Shown piece by piece: positions 1 through 12,100 of a stretch of 64,000 nt of DNA; position 1 is the stretch's first letter, and every line of letters begins with the position of its first letter. The notes below the pieces were generated by a model. That model worked only from the letters and a program-made list of their open reading frames with translations, searched no databases and was not told where the DNA came from. Origin of the DNA: Macrostomum lignano (Eukaryota). The position numbers and the translations under genes were made by a program. Location: assembly GCA_002269645.1 (NCBI GenBank), contig NIVC01000604.1:331128-395127 (forward strand). The letters run 5' to 3'.

Positions 1-439
1 CTAGCGCCTCCTGCAGGCACCGTGCAGGCACTGGCAAAAGTAGGCTTGTATAGGTCACTATATGCATTATATTTACTTAAAGTAGGCTCATATGCATATA
101 TTTACATAAACTACACATATTTAAAGACACAAAGTACGCAAAAGTGATAATATTTCAACACATATCGGTAGGTAAATTCAAGTCGAATATTGCTATGCAT
201 TTACATGCATTTGCGCATAAAAGTAGGCGCTAGCGCATAGGCGCATTTGTTGCCAAAAATACACACAACATGTATTGGCTGCTAGATTGTGGCTATAGTC
301 TGACCTGTAGTGCAAAAATACTCGAGTTAGTAAGACTTTCAGTTTCAACCCTTCCTTTGCGAAAATGGTTTCCCGGTAATAAAAAAATAGACAAGATAAA
401 CCGAAAAACGCTAGCTCAACTACTGTAAGCGGTACTTAC

Positions 440-727
440 CGCTCCACGCGCAGGAGTTCCAGCCTCTGAAGCATCGCCGTGGGGGCCTGCTGCATCAATG
501 GAGTCTGCAGGCTGGACTTTGACCATGCAGCCTCGTCGGTGTATTTGACGGGGTTGGCTCGAGCTGTCAATGATTTCCGCTGCATCACTGCAGCTGAACT
601 GACTCCGTTTGTAGCCTAAAATGTGGGAGTTTGAGGAATGGGCGGGTTCTCACGGGCTTAATGAGTGAGGCAAGTGTCTGGATGTCCTAGTCTCTTAGTT
701 CCTTAGCATCAGTGTCCTAGTCTGTCA

Positions 728-807
<80 letters not shown>

Positions 808-1785
808 TAGCGTCTACATGTATCTGCCTGTCTGTCTGTCTGTGTCTGTATCCATGGCAACCACCCCATAGCTGAGACTCACCAATCTTTCTGTCCGCCT
901 CTTCCTCTCCCAGCGCCTGCCGGAGTCCCTCCTGCGAAGCCCGGAGCCGCGCAAGCCGCCACTCGATCGGCTGAACAGCTGCGGCTCGCTGCCGCCCATC
1001 GCCGCCCACCCACCTGCCCTGCCGTAGGCGGCTGCCCCATGAACCTCTTCTTCATCCGGCTCAGACTCCTCCGTCTCTGCCGCGCGCTGGAACCGCTTCG
1101 CCGCCGCCGGCTTCAACGATCGGTCGTCGTCATCTCGTCGGCGCCGGCCTGCCCAGAGCTGCGGCTCGCTGCCGCCCATCGGCTCGCGCTGCAGTCCCCG
1201 AAACTCACCGACCTCCGAGCGGCCGCCGCAGTCCTGCTGGCGGCGGACGTCGGTGCCGTTGGAGAAGTTCGCCGGTGCTGGCCGGTCCCGATAGTCCAAG
1301 CAGCGATCGCTGCCCGACTTTTGAACCGGGGCAAAGGATTCTGGCGAACTGCAAGAGATTCGCACAGACGGCGGCAGCTGCTGCGGCTGTGGCGGCGGTG
1401 GGTCCGTGCGGTCCAACGCGCTCGAGGAGTTCCACCGTCGAGTTGCTGCAGCCGCAGCTGGTGATTCAACACTGTCCACGGCCGCCGCCGCCTCCTCGTC
1501 GATGATGCGCTCCCGTTCGAGTCGGGCCAGCCGCAGTCGGCAGCGACGCTCGGCCTCCAGACGGTCGGACATGGCGGCCAGAGCCGGCGCCGGGAGGTGC
1601 GGCATGCGGCCTCGCAGGCTGTCGGCTGATTGAGCCAGGAGGCTCACCGGCTCCAGGCCGAGGCGGCGGCAGGCCTCGAGGCTGCGCGGGCTGGTGAGCA
1701 CAAACGGCAGGCCTTCAAAGTCGCTGCTGTCCAAGTTGATCAGGTCCACCCGGGGCAGAGGGGCCGAATCTGCGGCTGTTGACAT
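440..1785 (-). CDS. CCDC177: CCDC177/CCDC185-like coiled-coil protein, 5' part (exon 1 1785-883, exon 2 615-440; gene continues past the window start)
   Basis: N-terminus RVDLINLDSSDFEGLPFVLTSPRSLEACRRLGLEPVSLL...LEAERRCRLRLARLERERII matches the CCDC177 family motif (VLTSPRSLEAC...EAER...RERI) as recalled. Donor GTGAGT at 882 (phase 0), acceptor TTTAG before 615, exon 2 open in frame (ATNGVSS...LELLRVE), donor GTAAGT at 439. Confidence 0.75.
721..806. repeat. (GTCT)n microsatellite in CCDC177 intron 1
   Basis: Directly visible tetranucleotide run. Confidence 0.95.
848..861. promoter_or_regulatory. Candidate RFX X-box
   Basis: GTATCCATGGCAAC fits the X-box consensus GTHNYY-AT-RRNAAC; it lies about 20 nt inside CCDC177 intron 1. 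Confidence 0.45.
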
Positions 1786-1791
1786 GATTTT

Positions 1792-2092
1792 CTGCTGTGG
1801 CTGCTGCTCTGGGGTGTCCGGTGCTGTGGCTGCTCTGGGGTGTCCGGGGCTGTGGCTGCTCTGGGGTGTCCGGGGCTGTGGCTGCTGCTCTGGGGTGTCC
1901 GGTGCTGTGGCTGCTGCTCTGGGGTGTCCGGTGCTGTGGCTGCTGCTCTGGGGTGTCCGGTGCTGTGGCTGCTGCTCTGGGGTGTCCGGTGCTGTGGCTG
2001 CTGCTCTGGGGTGTCCGGTGCTGTGGCTGCTGCTCTGGGGTGTCCGGTGCTGTGGCTGCTGCTCTGGGGTGTCCGGTGCTGTGGCTGCTGCT
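1792..2092. repeat. 29-bp minisatellite immediately upstream of the CCDC177 ATG
   Basis: Unit GGGGTGTCCGGTGCTGTGGCTGCTGCTCT; overlapping ORFs show a 29-aa period. Confidence 0.95.
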
Positions 2093-2818
2093 CCTGCACT
2101 CTTGGCTATCTATCTGCTATTGTTTGTGCCGCAGCTTCTCTACTGCATAGCCTGGCTTAATAAACGAAAGGTGAGAAACTGGACTCACTCTCTCAAAGAA
2201 GACTCTTGCTTTCGTCAGATTTGGCCTCGCATCTGTCTTCTATAAGGTAGCCGCAGATATATAGAGAAGAGTGTAGCGGGGTTGGGCTAAAGCACTTGGC
2301 AAACAGAACAATTTGCAGGGTAAGTGCAGTCAGATGGAGAAAAGACTGGCTATGCAGAGGTAGGAGAGACAGAGAGAGCTCAGCGATATTGTCAGGCCTA
2401 GGGCTGGGGCCGCGGTTGGTTGAAAACTCATAGCGCTGAGCATGTTCTCCATTCTCAGCGTGAGCTCCAATGCGCACTGGCTTGTTCCTGGGGGCAGAGG
2501 ATGAAGAGAGCTGCATGGCAGAGACGGGATAGCCAAGTAGGCAGGGAGAAGGAAGCTGGACTCAAAGCAGAGGAATGCAATGCGATCACGGGGAAGCTGT
2601 AAAAGTCGTGTCCCAACTGTGTCAATAAAGTTTGCCGGGCCCAAAACCAGGAACCAGGGAACAGCTTTCAGTTCCGTAAATGATTCATAACTTCCTGATC
2701 GATCAGCAGTGCCAATGAGAAACGAATCAGCAGGCTGCATGATACTCTTCATGTGTTGGCAGTGCTTACAGTTTACTGACTAATTTATATGCATTGCGCG
2801 CAGACCGGCCCCTCAGCT

Positions 2819-4396
2819 CAGGGGCATCGCCATAGATTTTATGATGGGGGACAAAGCCAAGAATTATACATGACTAAATTCCTACATTATTTCGGGAATT
2901 GGTGCCGTTAGCACTCATTTTGGCGCCGCAGGCACTCATTTTAGCGCTGCAGGCACTTAATTCAGCGTCACAAGCACACATTTTGGCGCCGCAGGCACTC
3001 ATTTTAGCGCTGCAGGCACTTAATTCAGCGCCACAAGCACACATTTTGGCGCCGCAGACAGGCACTCATTTTGGCACCACAGACACACTCATTTGGCGCC
3101 GCAGACTCGACAGTCATATAGCGCCACAGACAGACACTCATTTGGCGCCGCAGACTCGACAGTCATATGGCGCCACAGACAGACACTCATTTGGCGCCGC
3201 AGACAAATATTTTGGCGCCGCAGACTCGACAGTCATATGGCGCCACAGACAGACACTCAGTTGGCGCCGCAGACAAATATTTTGGTGCCGCAGACTCGAC
3301 AGTCATATGGCGCCACAGACAGACACTCATTTGGCGCCGCAGACAAATATTTTGGCGCCGCAGACTCGACAGTCATATGGCGCCACAGACAGACACTCAG
3401 TTGGCGCCGCAGACAAATATTTTGGCGCCGCAGACTCGACAGTCATATGGCGCCACAGACAGACACTCATTTGGCGCCGCAGACTCGACAGTCATATGGC
3501 GCCACATACAGACACTCATTTGGCGCCGCAGACTCGACAGTCATATAGCGCCACAGACAGACACTCATTTGGCGCCGCAGACTCGACAGTCATATGGCGC
3601 CACAGACAGACACTCATTTGGCGCCGCAGACTCGACAGTCATATGGCGCCACAGACAGACACTCATTTGGCGCCGCAGACTCGACAGTCATATGGCGCCA
3701 CAGACAGACACTCATTTGGCGCCGCAGACTCGACAGTCATATGGCGCCACAGACAGACACTCATTTGGCGCCGCAGACTCGACAGTCATATGGCGCCACA
3801 GACAGACACTCATTTGGCGCCGCAGACTCGACAGTCATATGGCGCCACAGACAGACACTCATTTGGCGCCGCAGACAGACACTCATTTTAGCGCCACAGA
3901 CAAATATTTTGGTGCCGCAGACTCGACAGTCATATGGCGCCACAGACAGACACTCATTTGGCGCCGCAGACTCGACAGTCATATGGCGCCGCAGACTCGA
4001 GTCATATGGCGCCACAGACAGACACTCATTTGGCGCCGCAGACTCGACAGTCATATGGCGCCACAGACAGACACTCATTTGGCGCCGCAGACAGACACTC
4101 ATTTGGCGCCGCAGACAAATATTTTGGCGCTGCAGACTCGACAGTCATATGGCGCCACAGACAGGCACTCATTTTGGCGCCGCAGACAGACACTCATTTT
4201 AGCGCCACAGAAGACAAACATTTTGGCGCCGCAGACTCGACAATGATTTGGCGCCGAAAGCGCTTTATTTTAGCGCCCTGTTGCAAAGTTATTGATTCCA
4301 TAACGGGTCACCAGGTAGGGGGTGGGGGGCAAGCATAGCTTTTACTGGGTGGACATGCCCCTCCACCCTGTCCCAACCCCGGTGGCGACGCAACTG
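2819..4396. mobile_element. Non-autonomous hAT-type element (MITE) with an internally expanded minisatellite
   Basis: Imperfect TIRs CAGGGGCATCGCCA and (revcomp) CAGTTGCGTCGCCA; perfect 8-bp TSD CCTCAGCT at 2811-2818 and 4397-4404. Interior ~2900-4260 is alternating 21-25 bp GGCGCC-containing units. Confidence 0.85.
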
Positions 4397-5969
4397 CCTC
4401 AGCTGTGAAACACCCAAGTGCCTAAAAACCCTCATCATGTTGGCCCTGTAGGATTGCAAGCAGACCGCAAGCTAGTGTTGACACAATTCCAATTAAACTT
4501 TCTAGCTTAGCACTTTTACATATATAATTCGAGTTTTTATTTATCATACGTCGAGCATCTTAATTTTAGAAATAGTTGACTTTAAAACCATAATCATAAT
4601 AATCATAATTAATTTATTTATTATTACAATTGAAATGGCAACAAATCTCTGAGCCACAGAATTCAAAATAACTAATATGTATATTTACCATATAGATATA
4701 GATATTCATCAATACCAGCATATGTACGCTCAGCACTCCAGCAAAGCAAAGGGGGGCAAAAAAGAAAATTGAGCAAAACTGATGACAACACTTGAAGCTG
4801 TGCTGAAGACAAAAATTTGAGAACTTGTTAAGCACACAACCCGGCGCAGATGGCGAGGCCAAAAGGCAAACAGAAGCGACTCCAACCCTGGGTTTGAGTT
4901 TAACTGGAGAGGCCGGCTAAGGAAATTCAATAGCGTTGCAAGGGAAATTGCTGCGCCTAGTGTGTATAGTATTAGTAATGCATTTCTTGCATGCAAGGTC
5001 GAGCAGTCCGTGGTTCGAGTCCAACAACTGATAAACCCAAATCAATCAATTGCGATTCTCCTCACTGACTATTTGAAAAGTAGGCAAAACAGTAAACCAT
5101 TAAACTTAAAAATAGTATGTGTGGAGGCAAGAATTTTCGTGAATTACTATTTATCGTGTTCTCCCGATATGTATAGAAAAACGATATAATTTCTCCGAGT
5201 AGGAAGGTTGAAAGGTCAGTGCCGCTATTGCCTATCATAGAATCAATAAGAAGCAAAGCAGAGCTGCAAAATAGCATCAAATATTGAGATTGTGGCAGTT
5301 TTACGACAAGCAAAGTTTAAATGACTACAGCATTTACTGTTTCAAAAGTTAAAATTGAAAGCCCTTGCTAGGTAGCACAGTTAAAGACAGTAAATAAAAT
5401 GAATTTTTTATTGGAGTCTTCAAGCGAATAATGCAGTAACAGCTATGCGAATTCAGTAAAAATCGAATAAAAATTCCCACTGACTATGACGTCATTGTCT
5501 AGAATGCACCAGCGCCTTTCGGTAATAATTTACTGATATTTCTACTTAGGCAGTAGTTGCAAATAGAAAAACTTTTTCTTGGAAAATATTTGAAGGCTAT
5601 ATTTGACTTAACTTTTCGAAAAGATCTTTTTAGGAAATCGTATAATTTGACCGTTCCGCCGACTCCCCTGAGCAGGCGCACACAATCGCGCGGATAACTT
5701 TATTAATCGTTAGGCATGTACACTTCACTGTGCCTTGGGAGTTGGCCCTTAAGGGTGTTAACTGCACGAGCAGAGAGCCAAGCCGAGATTCCAATTTAGA
5801 ATTTAGAACTAGGTGCTATTTTTATGTTGAAAAAATGAACTTCTTCATCTCGATTGCACTTTTTCACGCAAACCCCAGCCTTCAAAGATTTTCTAAGAAT
5901 CGCATTTCCCCCTTCTTTTACAGTAAATAAGTGGCCATTGCCACAAATGTGGTCAATTACAAAGCACGT

Positions 5970-6619
5970 TCAGACCCCCGCAGCCAGCTGCCTGGACACC
6001 CTGTCTGTCAACAGCTGATCCAACTGTCGCTCCCGACGCCGAACGCAGCCAAATGCGATCAAGAATAGAAGCAGCGAAGCGCCCTGTGCGACAAAGAACT
6101 TCACCCGTTCACTGGCACTGTTAGACGGCACCTTTGGCTGGCAGGAAATCCAGGCTTCTGGACAGCCGCTGGAGCCTCCAACGAGACGCTTGAAGCCGGT
6201 GTCAGCGCATGCGGCCGCCATGACGCTGCCAGCAGTCAGCTGACTGGCGACCCGCTGCTCGAATTCGGTGCACGGCTGGCAGGCCTGGCTGGGATAGTCT
6301 GATGCAGCCTGTTGCTGCTGCAGCAATGCGGCGCAGCTCGTGGTTGCTGCGCTGTGTAAATTGCCTGATGCAGCAGGTGCCGATGCGGGGGAGACTGGCA
6401 GAGCAGCTGGCGGTCCAGCGTGCTGCTCATGCTGGTGCTGCATCAGAGTGTCCTCAAGGTAGAGAACGGCAATGCAGAGTCTATGGACAAAATAGGTAAA
6501 TTATACTTTGACTGAATTATTACTTAGATTTATGATCGTATGCAAAAATAAAGAGTTACTCACATCATTAGACTACTAATAGTAGCCATCATAATTTTCT
6601 TAGTGCAATACTCAATCAT
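5970..6619 (-). CDS. JTB: JTB (jumping translocation breakpoint) membrane protein; exons 6619-6564 and 6480-5970, about 188 aa
   Basis: Spliced product MIEYCTKKIMMATISSLMI|LCIAVLYLED...ACQPCTEFEQ...CADTGF...WISC...ERVKFFVAQG-TM-RRRERQLDQLLTDRVSRQL reproduces the JTB Cys pattern and the C-terminal RQLD motif. 83-nt intron with GTGAGT donor and CATAG acceptor, phase 2 consistent. Confidence 0.85.
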
Positions 6620-7419
6620 TTCTTTGCATGCAGTTTAATTGTCCTGTCATGAAATAATGAGCAAAAAGGCATATTATAATTTTTAGTATTGCCATAGTAC
6701 AAATAAAACCATTTGTTCTATTTGAGCACCTATACTAGCAATCATCACCCAACCCCCCTATTGGGAAGGCAACAAAGAAAGGAATAAAAAATGAATAAAC
6801 TACATATTCATTGTATCCTTGTATAGTCACTAAATAGTCTAATCATGCTAATTGGTCTAAGATATCAGAATCCCCTATGAGCTTTGGCATCAAAGCCTCT
6901 TCTTAAGCATGACTTAACCTTAACTCACTTTGATCTATCTTTAGCTAGGACTACTAGCAACTCCCAATTTACTCTTGGCATCTCAGCAATCACCTCTTAG
7001 TCTATAAATGATGAGCATTTCATGAACCCCCTTATAAGTATTGGAAAGCAGTTATATGACATGTTTCAAGCAGTTAATTAATATATTTCAATTTGGAGTT
7101 ACAATTTAGAAATCAACTATGATAAATAAAAAGCCAATTGTGATGTCATCATTATTGGTAGTAGATTAGCAAACCTCCAAATATTTGAACTTTCTGTTTT
7201 GCAATATAGCCTTATACTTTTCAATTAGCCAATTCTCTTTGTCTACTATGCTCTTCCTCACAGATAATCCTAACTATTAATTTACTATAGCTATTTCAGC
7301 TATCTTGATCATTATTTTAGTATAAATACAAGCTCAACTGGCAATTTAGGCCTTTCATTTATTTTTCTTCACTTTTCTTTACTAACCATTCATTCAATTT
7401 TCAACAATAATTAATTATC

Positions 7420-7550
7420 AATTTTGACAATTATAAAAAAATGTACTAATTAAATTTTGAGTCTAGAGTCTCACAATATAATTAGTTTATATGAGTCTAG
7501 ACTCAAATTTTAATTAGTACATTTTTTCATAACTCTTATGAATTTGATAA
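7420..7550. repeat. AT-rich palindrome, probable hairpin MITE
   Basis: AAAAAATGTACTAATTAAATTTTGAGTCTAG is inverted as CTAGACTCAAATTTTAATTAGTACATTTTTT. Confidence 0.6.
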
Positions 7551-7875
7551 AAAACTGCTTGACCTTTGCAAATAGCACCTTTTTATTGAATCCCTATAGC
7601 ATTAAGCTATTTATTACCTATATGGCTATAGCTATAACATACTATCAAATGAAAATTTCTAATTGGATAATGCAAGTTTTATGAAAAAAATGAGCCACTG
7701 TTACTCTAAAACCAATCATTGTAATAAATACAAAATAAGATAAAATAAGCCTAATCATAAAAAAAACAAAATTTGAATAAAATAATAATGAAAATAAATA
7801 TACTACAATATTAAGTCTAATTCTATCAACCTATATAAGCAATATCCCTAGGCCTATTGCCAGTATTGGTATTAT

Positions 7876-8424
7876 AGTTATAGCGGCATAGTTCTAGTTA
7901 ATTCGCGATATTATTTTGCCTTTTGCTAAATTATTTCACTCTGTTTTTGTCACTTTCCAGGTTTGGCTTAAGTGTCACAAGTCAGAAAAACAGTCGGTTG
8001 AAGTTGCCAAGTCACTTAAATAGGGTAATACATGGAAGCCCAGTAAAGCATGGGGCCAAATGCATTGTTCGGGTACAGGCGGCGCCAGATATACTCTTCG
8101 AGATGACTCTCAAAGAGTACATCGCTTGTACCATGCATTGCGCGCAGGCGCCTCTTAGCAAGGGCCCAGGTGCCCTTGATGCAGTTTGTGTTATGCTTTG
8201 TGTTTGTGTTTGCATGTGCGAGACAGTTGATTAGGTGGGACAATAAATGTCAGGGCAGCTGGGCAGCTGGCCATTGTGCAGATTAAGCTGAAAGGGTTGT
8301 GGTTCGGGTATAGATGCAGAATATACTATGTAAATGCAAAAAAACACATGAAAATTATATCGCGAAGTAAAGTAGAACTATGAAATAATATTGCGAAGTA
8401 AACTAGAACTATGCCGTTATAGCC
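7876..8424 (-). mobile_element. Internally deleted Merlin (IS1016/IS1595-like) DNA transposon
   Basis: ORF 8243-8016 HNTNCIKGTWALAKRRLRAMHGTSDVLFESHLEEYIWRR matches the ISXO2/IS1595-type C-terminus (HTNTIEGxW...YLxEFxWR) with the catalytic E changed to K. Flanked by ~45-bp TIRs (TTATAGCGGCATAGTTCTAGTT... / ...AACTAGAACTATGCCGTTATAGCC). No clean TSD found. Confidence 0.75.
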
Positions 8425-8704
8425 AATGGCCATTATCATAAACAATATGCCCTATTTAGTGCAGATAGGTTCCAATCACTTTGTCAATTGCCAATTATCT
8501 ATTATTAACTTATGACCTTATCTGCTAAAATATACAAAGTAAACTTATCTGTTAATAACTCCTCTATTGCCAACTTGTCTATTAATAATACCAATTTCAA
8601 GAACTTGGGCATTTTGGGATTTTTATAAATATTGTTTAAAACATATTAATTATAATTAAACATGAATTATTATTGTTAATTATTAATTAATATATAACAT
8701 AATC

Positions 8705-8781
8705 GCCAAGACTAGGGACACAGTGGCTGTGTCCTTAGACATAGAGTTAAGAGACATGGCCGCCGTGTCCCTAGTCATGGC
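8705..8781. mobile_element. 77-bp palindromic MITE with an apparent 10-bp TSD
   Basis: GCCAAGACTAGGGACAC...GTGTCCCTAGTCATGGC flanked by ATAACATAAT at 8694-8703 and 8782-8791 (one extra base on the left). Confidence 0.55.
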
Positions 8782-9145
8782 ATAACATAATATAATAAAA
8801 CAAATTAAATAATTATAATATAAGGGGTATCCAGCATGGTTCAGACCTTGGTTGCAATAGGGATCTATGTCTGAGCCTGTGAAAGGATCAAAGTTTGCCT
8901 ATGCACTTAATAGGAATCAATAATTTTTTTAGTCAGGATGGTAGGTAACTCAACTTGTCTGCACAGGAAAAACCTGCTTAGGAAAATTCCCAGAAAACAG
9001 CATTAGAGGAAATCTAAAGAATAGATACTTTAGCTTCTTCTATATTCTAGAAGACACTAGAAAAAGAATAATTTTATATTGCATTGCAGCATCAGCATGC
9101 TAGCAATAATAAGCTTGCTATTCGACACACTGCCTGCAAGAACAA

Positions 9146-12100
9146 GGGTGATTCTCATCGAGAGGTTTTGGAGGTTTTGAGGTTTTTCAGAGGTTTCATT
9201 TCGAACAAATATTTTTGCACAAAAATTTTAATACTGTACAAAAATTGAAATCTTACTGAAATTTACTAATGAATACAAATTTTCTTTAGAATATAGCTCG
9301 GAGGTTTTGGATTCTTTTTAATTTTTCTTCTGATAGGCACGCGCGGAAATTATTTAACTTAGGCAACTATTTTATGCTTTAAGAAAGTGGTTTTTTAAAA
9401 ACACTGCACGCAACACAACACACTGGTAATGTCATCGTTGCCATTGGCATTTACATTCAAGGTGCAAAAACAAAAAAAAAATATTCGACTTAAAGGCGCT
9501 GCTTGAAATATACTGAAAACATATAGACAGCTGTTTCATCCATTTCCTGTTTTTACTTTTGAGTGCTGCATACCATTTTGCATTCGAATTATGTAATGAC
9601 ATTGACGACCTGCATGCATACTGCCTCAGAGAAGTAAATAGAAGAATTATTCTTGTCTCAATGTTTTTTTATAAATATATGATGGCCTAGAATTACAAGT
9701 ATGCATTTTTATTACTTAAAGCAGAGCATTAAATTTTTAATCATAAAATTTATTTTAATTACTAAAAGCTATTAGCTTTTCTCTCAAAAAATAACACTAG
9801 TTGCACAACTGCTACTGCTGACAAAAGCTCTCTAACACCTTAGATTTAGTTCTTATACAAACAAAATGCTTGCAGTAAGACTTTGTACATATATTGCACC
9901 ACCTTTGTTTGATGCTAAAAATATATGTTGAGCAATAAGCTAGATAGCCGATACCAATATTTTTACTAGAGTTAAAACTAAAAAGTCATTGGACACATTT
10001 TTGACATTGTTTATTTAAAAATATCATAATTTCTTCAATATAAATGTATTATTGGCATCTTTAAAGATTGCAAGAACAAATGTATAGGAAAATCATTATG
10101 TTTATTGACTTTTGAAATTGATTGTTTATGAAAAGTTATAGATAAAAGTAATCATAATCAATGCCTTTTATTTCAACATACTTTGTTTCAGCTGCCAATA
10201 CCATGCCTGAACTACCGCTTGCCTGGTCTCCTGCCTGCATTCTGAGCCTGTACAGGCCAACAATGCTTCATGTTTGTCTAATCTAATAACAGGCATTATG
10301 GCATTCCATGTCCTATACCCACTTATGTTGCGTCTCAGTGCAACCTAGCTCGCCACCCTTAGAGCTTTGGCAGGCTGGTTGCTTTTGTGGTGGCAATTGG
10401 TTTGGTTGTCAGCATACAGAAGATGGCTGTGCTCTAGCTACTAACCAGATGACATCAACCGACAGCCTAGGGGCTAATCTACTGCGCACTGCCTTCGAGA
10501 TGAGTGACTGAAGTTCTTCAACTGCTTGCTGGCTGACGCGCTACAGCCTTCGTTTTTGCGGGCATCGTCTTTAATATGCGCATTAACTCCTAAAGTTAAG
10601 AACTTCACTTTCATCTGAGTAAATAACAAGAAAAGACTTATATTCTCTCATGTAAAGATCTGAAATGTGAACTTTTAAACTGTTTTGATTTGACTCTCAA
10701 AGAATATTTATAATATAGCGTATTTAGGTAATGTAACAGCAATGTATAGATAAATATACATACTGATAGAGAAAATACAAAACGTTCCTTCTTTGTTTTT
10801 GAAATGCATTCTTGCAATGTTCGATGTTTTAAAAATGTAAGGCCTAAAAAATAAGGCAAGACCAATTGGCAACTACCGTGAAGCTCGTTTGCTTGTATCA
10901 AGTTGGCGTACGCTGGCTGACATTGGGTTATCTATCAGACTTGGAGTCTCGCCGCACTAAACCCTTGAAAAAACGTTAGCCAGCCTTTTGAGATGCAGCA
11001 TAGCATTCCAGGTTCAATGACATGTCTATGAAGATGCATCCTACATCGTCAAGACCACCGAGGTGATCGAGACCTCAATATTGTAGGGTGAGGAACATGG
11101 GCGATGCTTCTCCAGTGCGCGGTTTCCGCTACGGCCAGCAAAGTGCAATTGGGCAGTCGCATTATGTCAGTTGTAGTGAGTTCCATTTGGATCAGTAGCA
11201 CTCGGCTGCTGCTGCTGCTGGACAAAAATGCTTGGTGTGAGTTCCCTTGACACAATTCCCGCAGGGCAATGAAGTGGGCTGCAAATTCCTCTCCAAGATT
11301 GGCACCAGCATGCCTGACATTGGTTTTCATGGCCTCCAATTGAGACTATCGAACCAGTTGATGCTGGAAGCCCAAAAATGCGACAATGGGACTCGAGTGC
11401 TGCAATGATGAGCAACAACGCTGAAGTCGAGCTGCACCAAAATGTCCTGTAATGGGTAATAGTGAAATGAGGAATTTTATCTGTCTAATCATTGGAATGA
11501 ACTTCCCTGAAAGGTCATGCCATAACTTTTGCTGAAAATCGCGCCATTAGGAATTTAGGGACACTAGCCATGTAACATGTATGAATGTCATCTCTTGCCC
11601 CAACCATTGGCCTTTGCTTTCAGCTACCCTTGATCCTCATACCATGTATATTGGAAAGACAGCATTTAGAAAATTTACTCACTTGTTGCAGTCAAATGTA
11701 GTGAAGACCTTGGGGTGTCAAGAAAGACACTTGGTGGATTAATTTAATCGACTTCTAGAAGCATATCATCTTGTGCAATGGTATTTTAGTAGGTCATTGC
11801 TTTGCACGAATTCCCATAGTTTGATGGGCTCTGGAAAGATGGCATGATTGATAAAGGAATACAATGTTAGTCTTACATTTTAGTATATGGATGTAGTGTA
11901 AGTACTTAACATCATAAGAAAATCTAAAGATTTATAACCTTCTCCCCAACATGGTTGGCACCATGCATTTCATTGGCATGACAACTACTGTGGATGATAA
12001 GAGAGTATATTGGTTTAATATTAAAAAAATTCACTTATAAAGTAAATTAAAAACTGAATAAAAATGTGATAACTAGGCATACATAAGTACAAGCTACTAT

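Noticed and set aside
2899-4338. Long ORFs (330-359 aa) with repeated MAPQTDTHLAPQ units
   Set aside because: They are translations of the minisatellite inside the hAT MITE and are open in several frames.
2330-5313. Minus-strand ORFs 2330..2752, 4730..4996 and 5062..5313 as an extra gene between JTB and CCDC177
   Set aside because: No recognisable motif, and no consistent splice chain could be built.
6700-7260. Faint resemblance of the minus strand to a decayed non-LTR retrotransposon tail
   Set aside because: Too degenerate; no diagnostic motif without a database search.
8016-8243. Bacterial IS element or contamination
   Set aside because: The IS1595-like peptide fits the eukaryotic Merlin superfamily and sits in continuous animal sequence.
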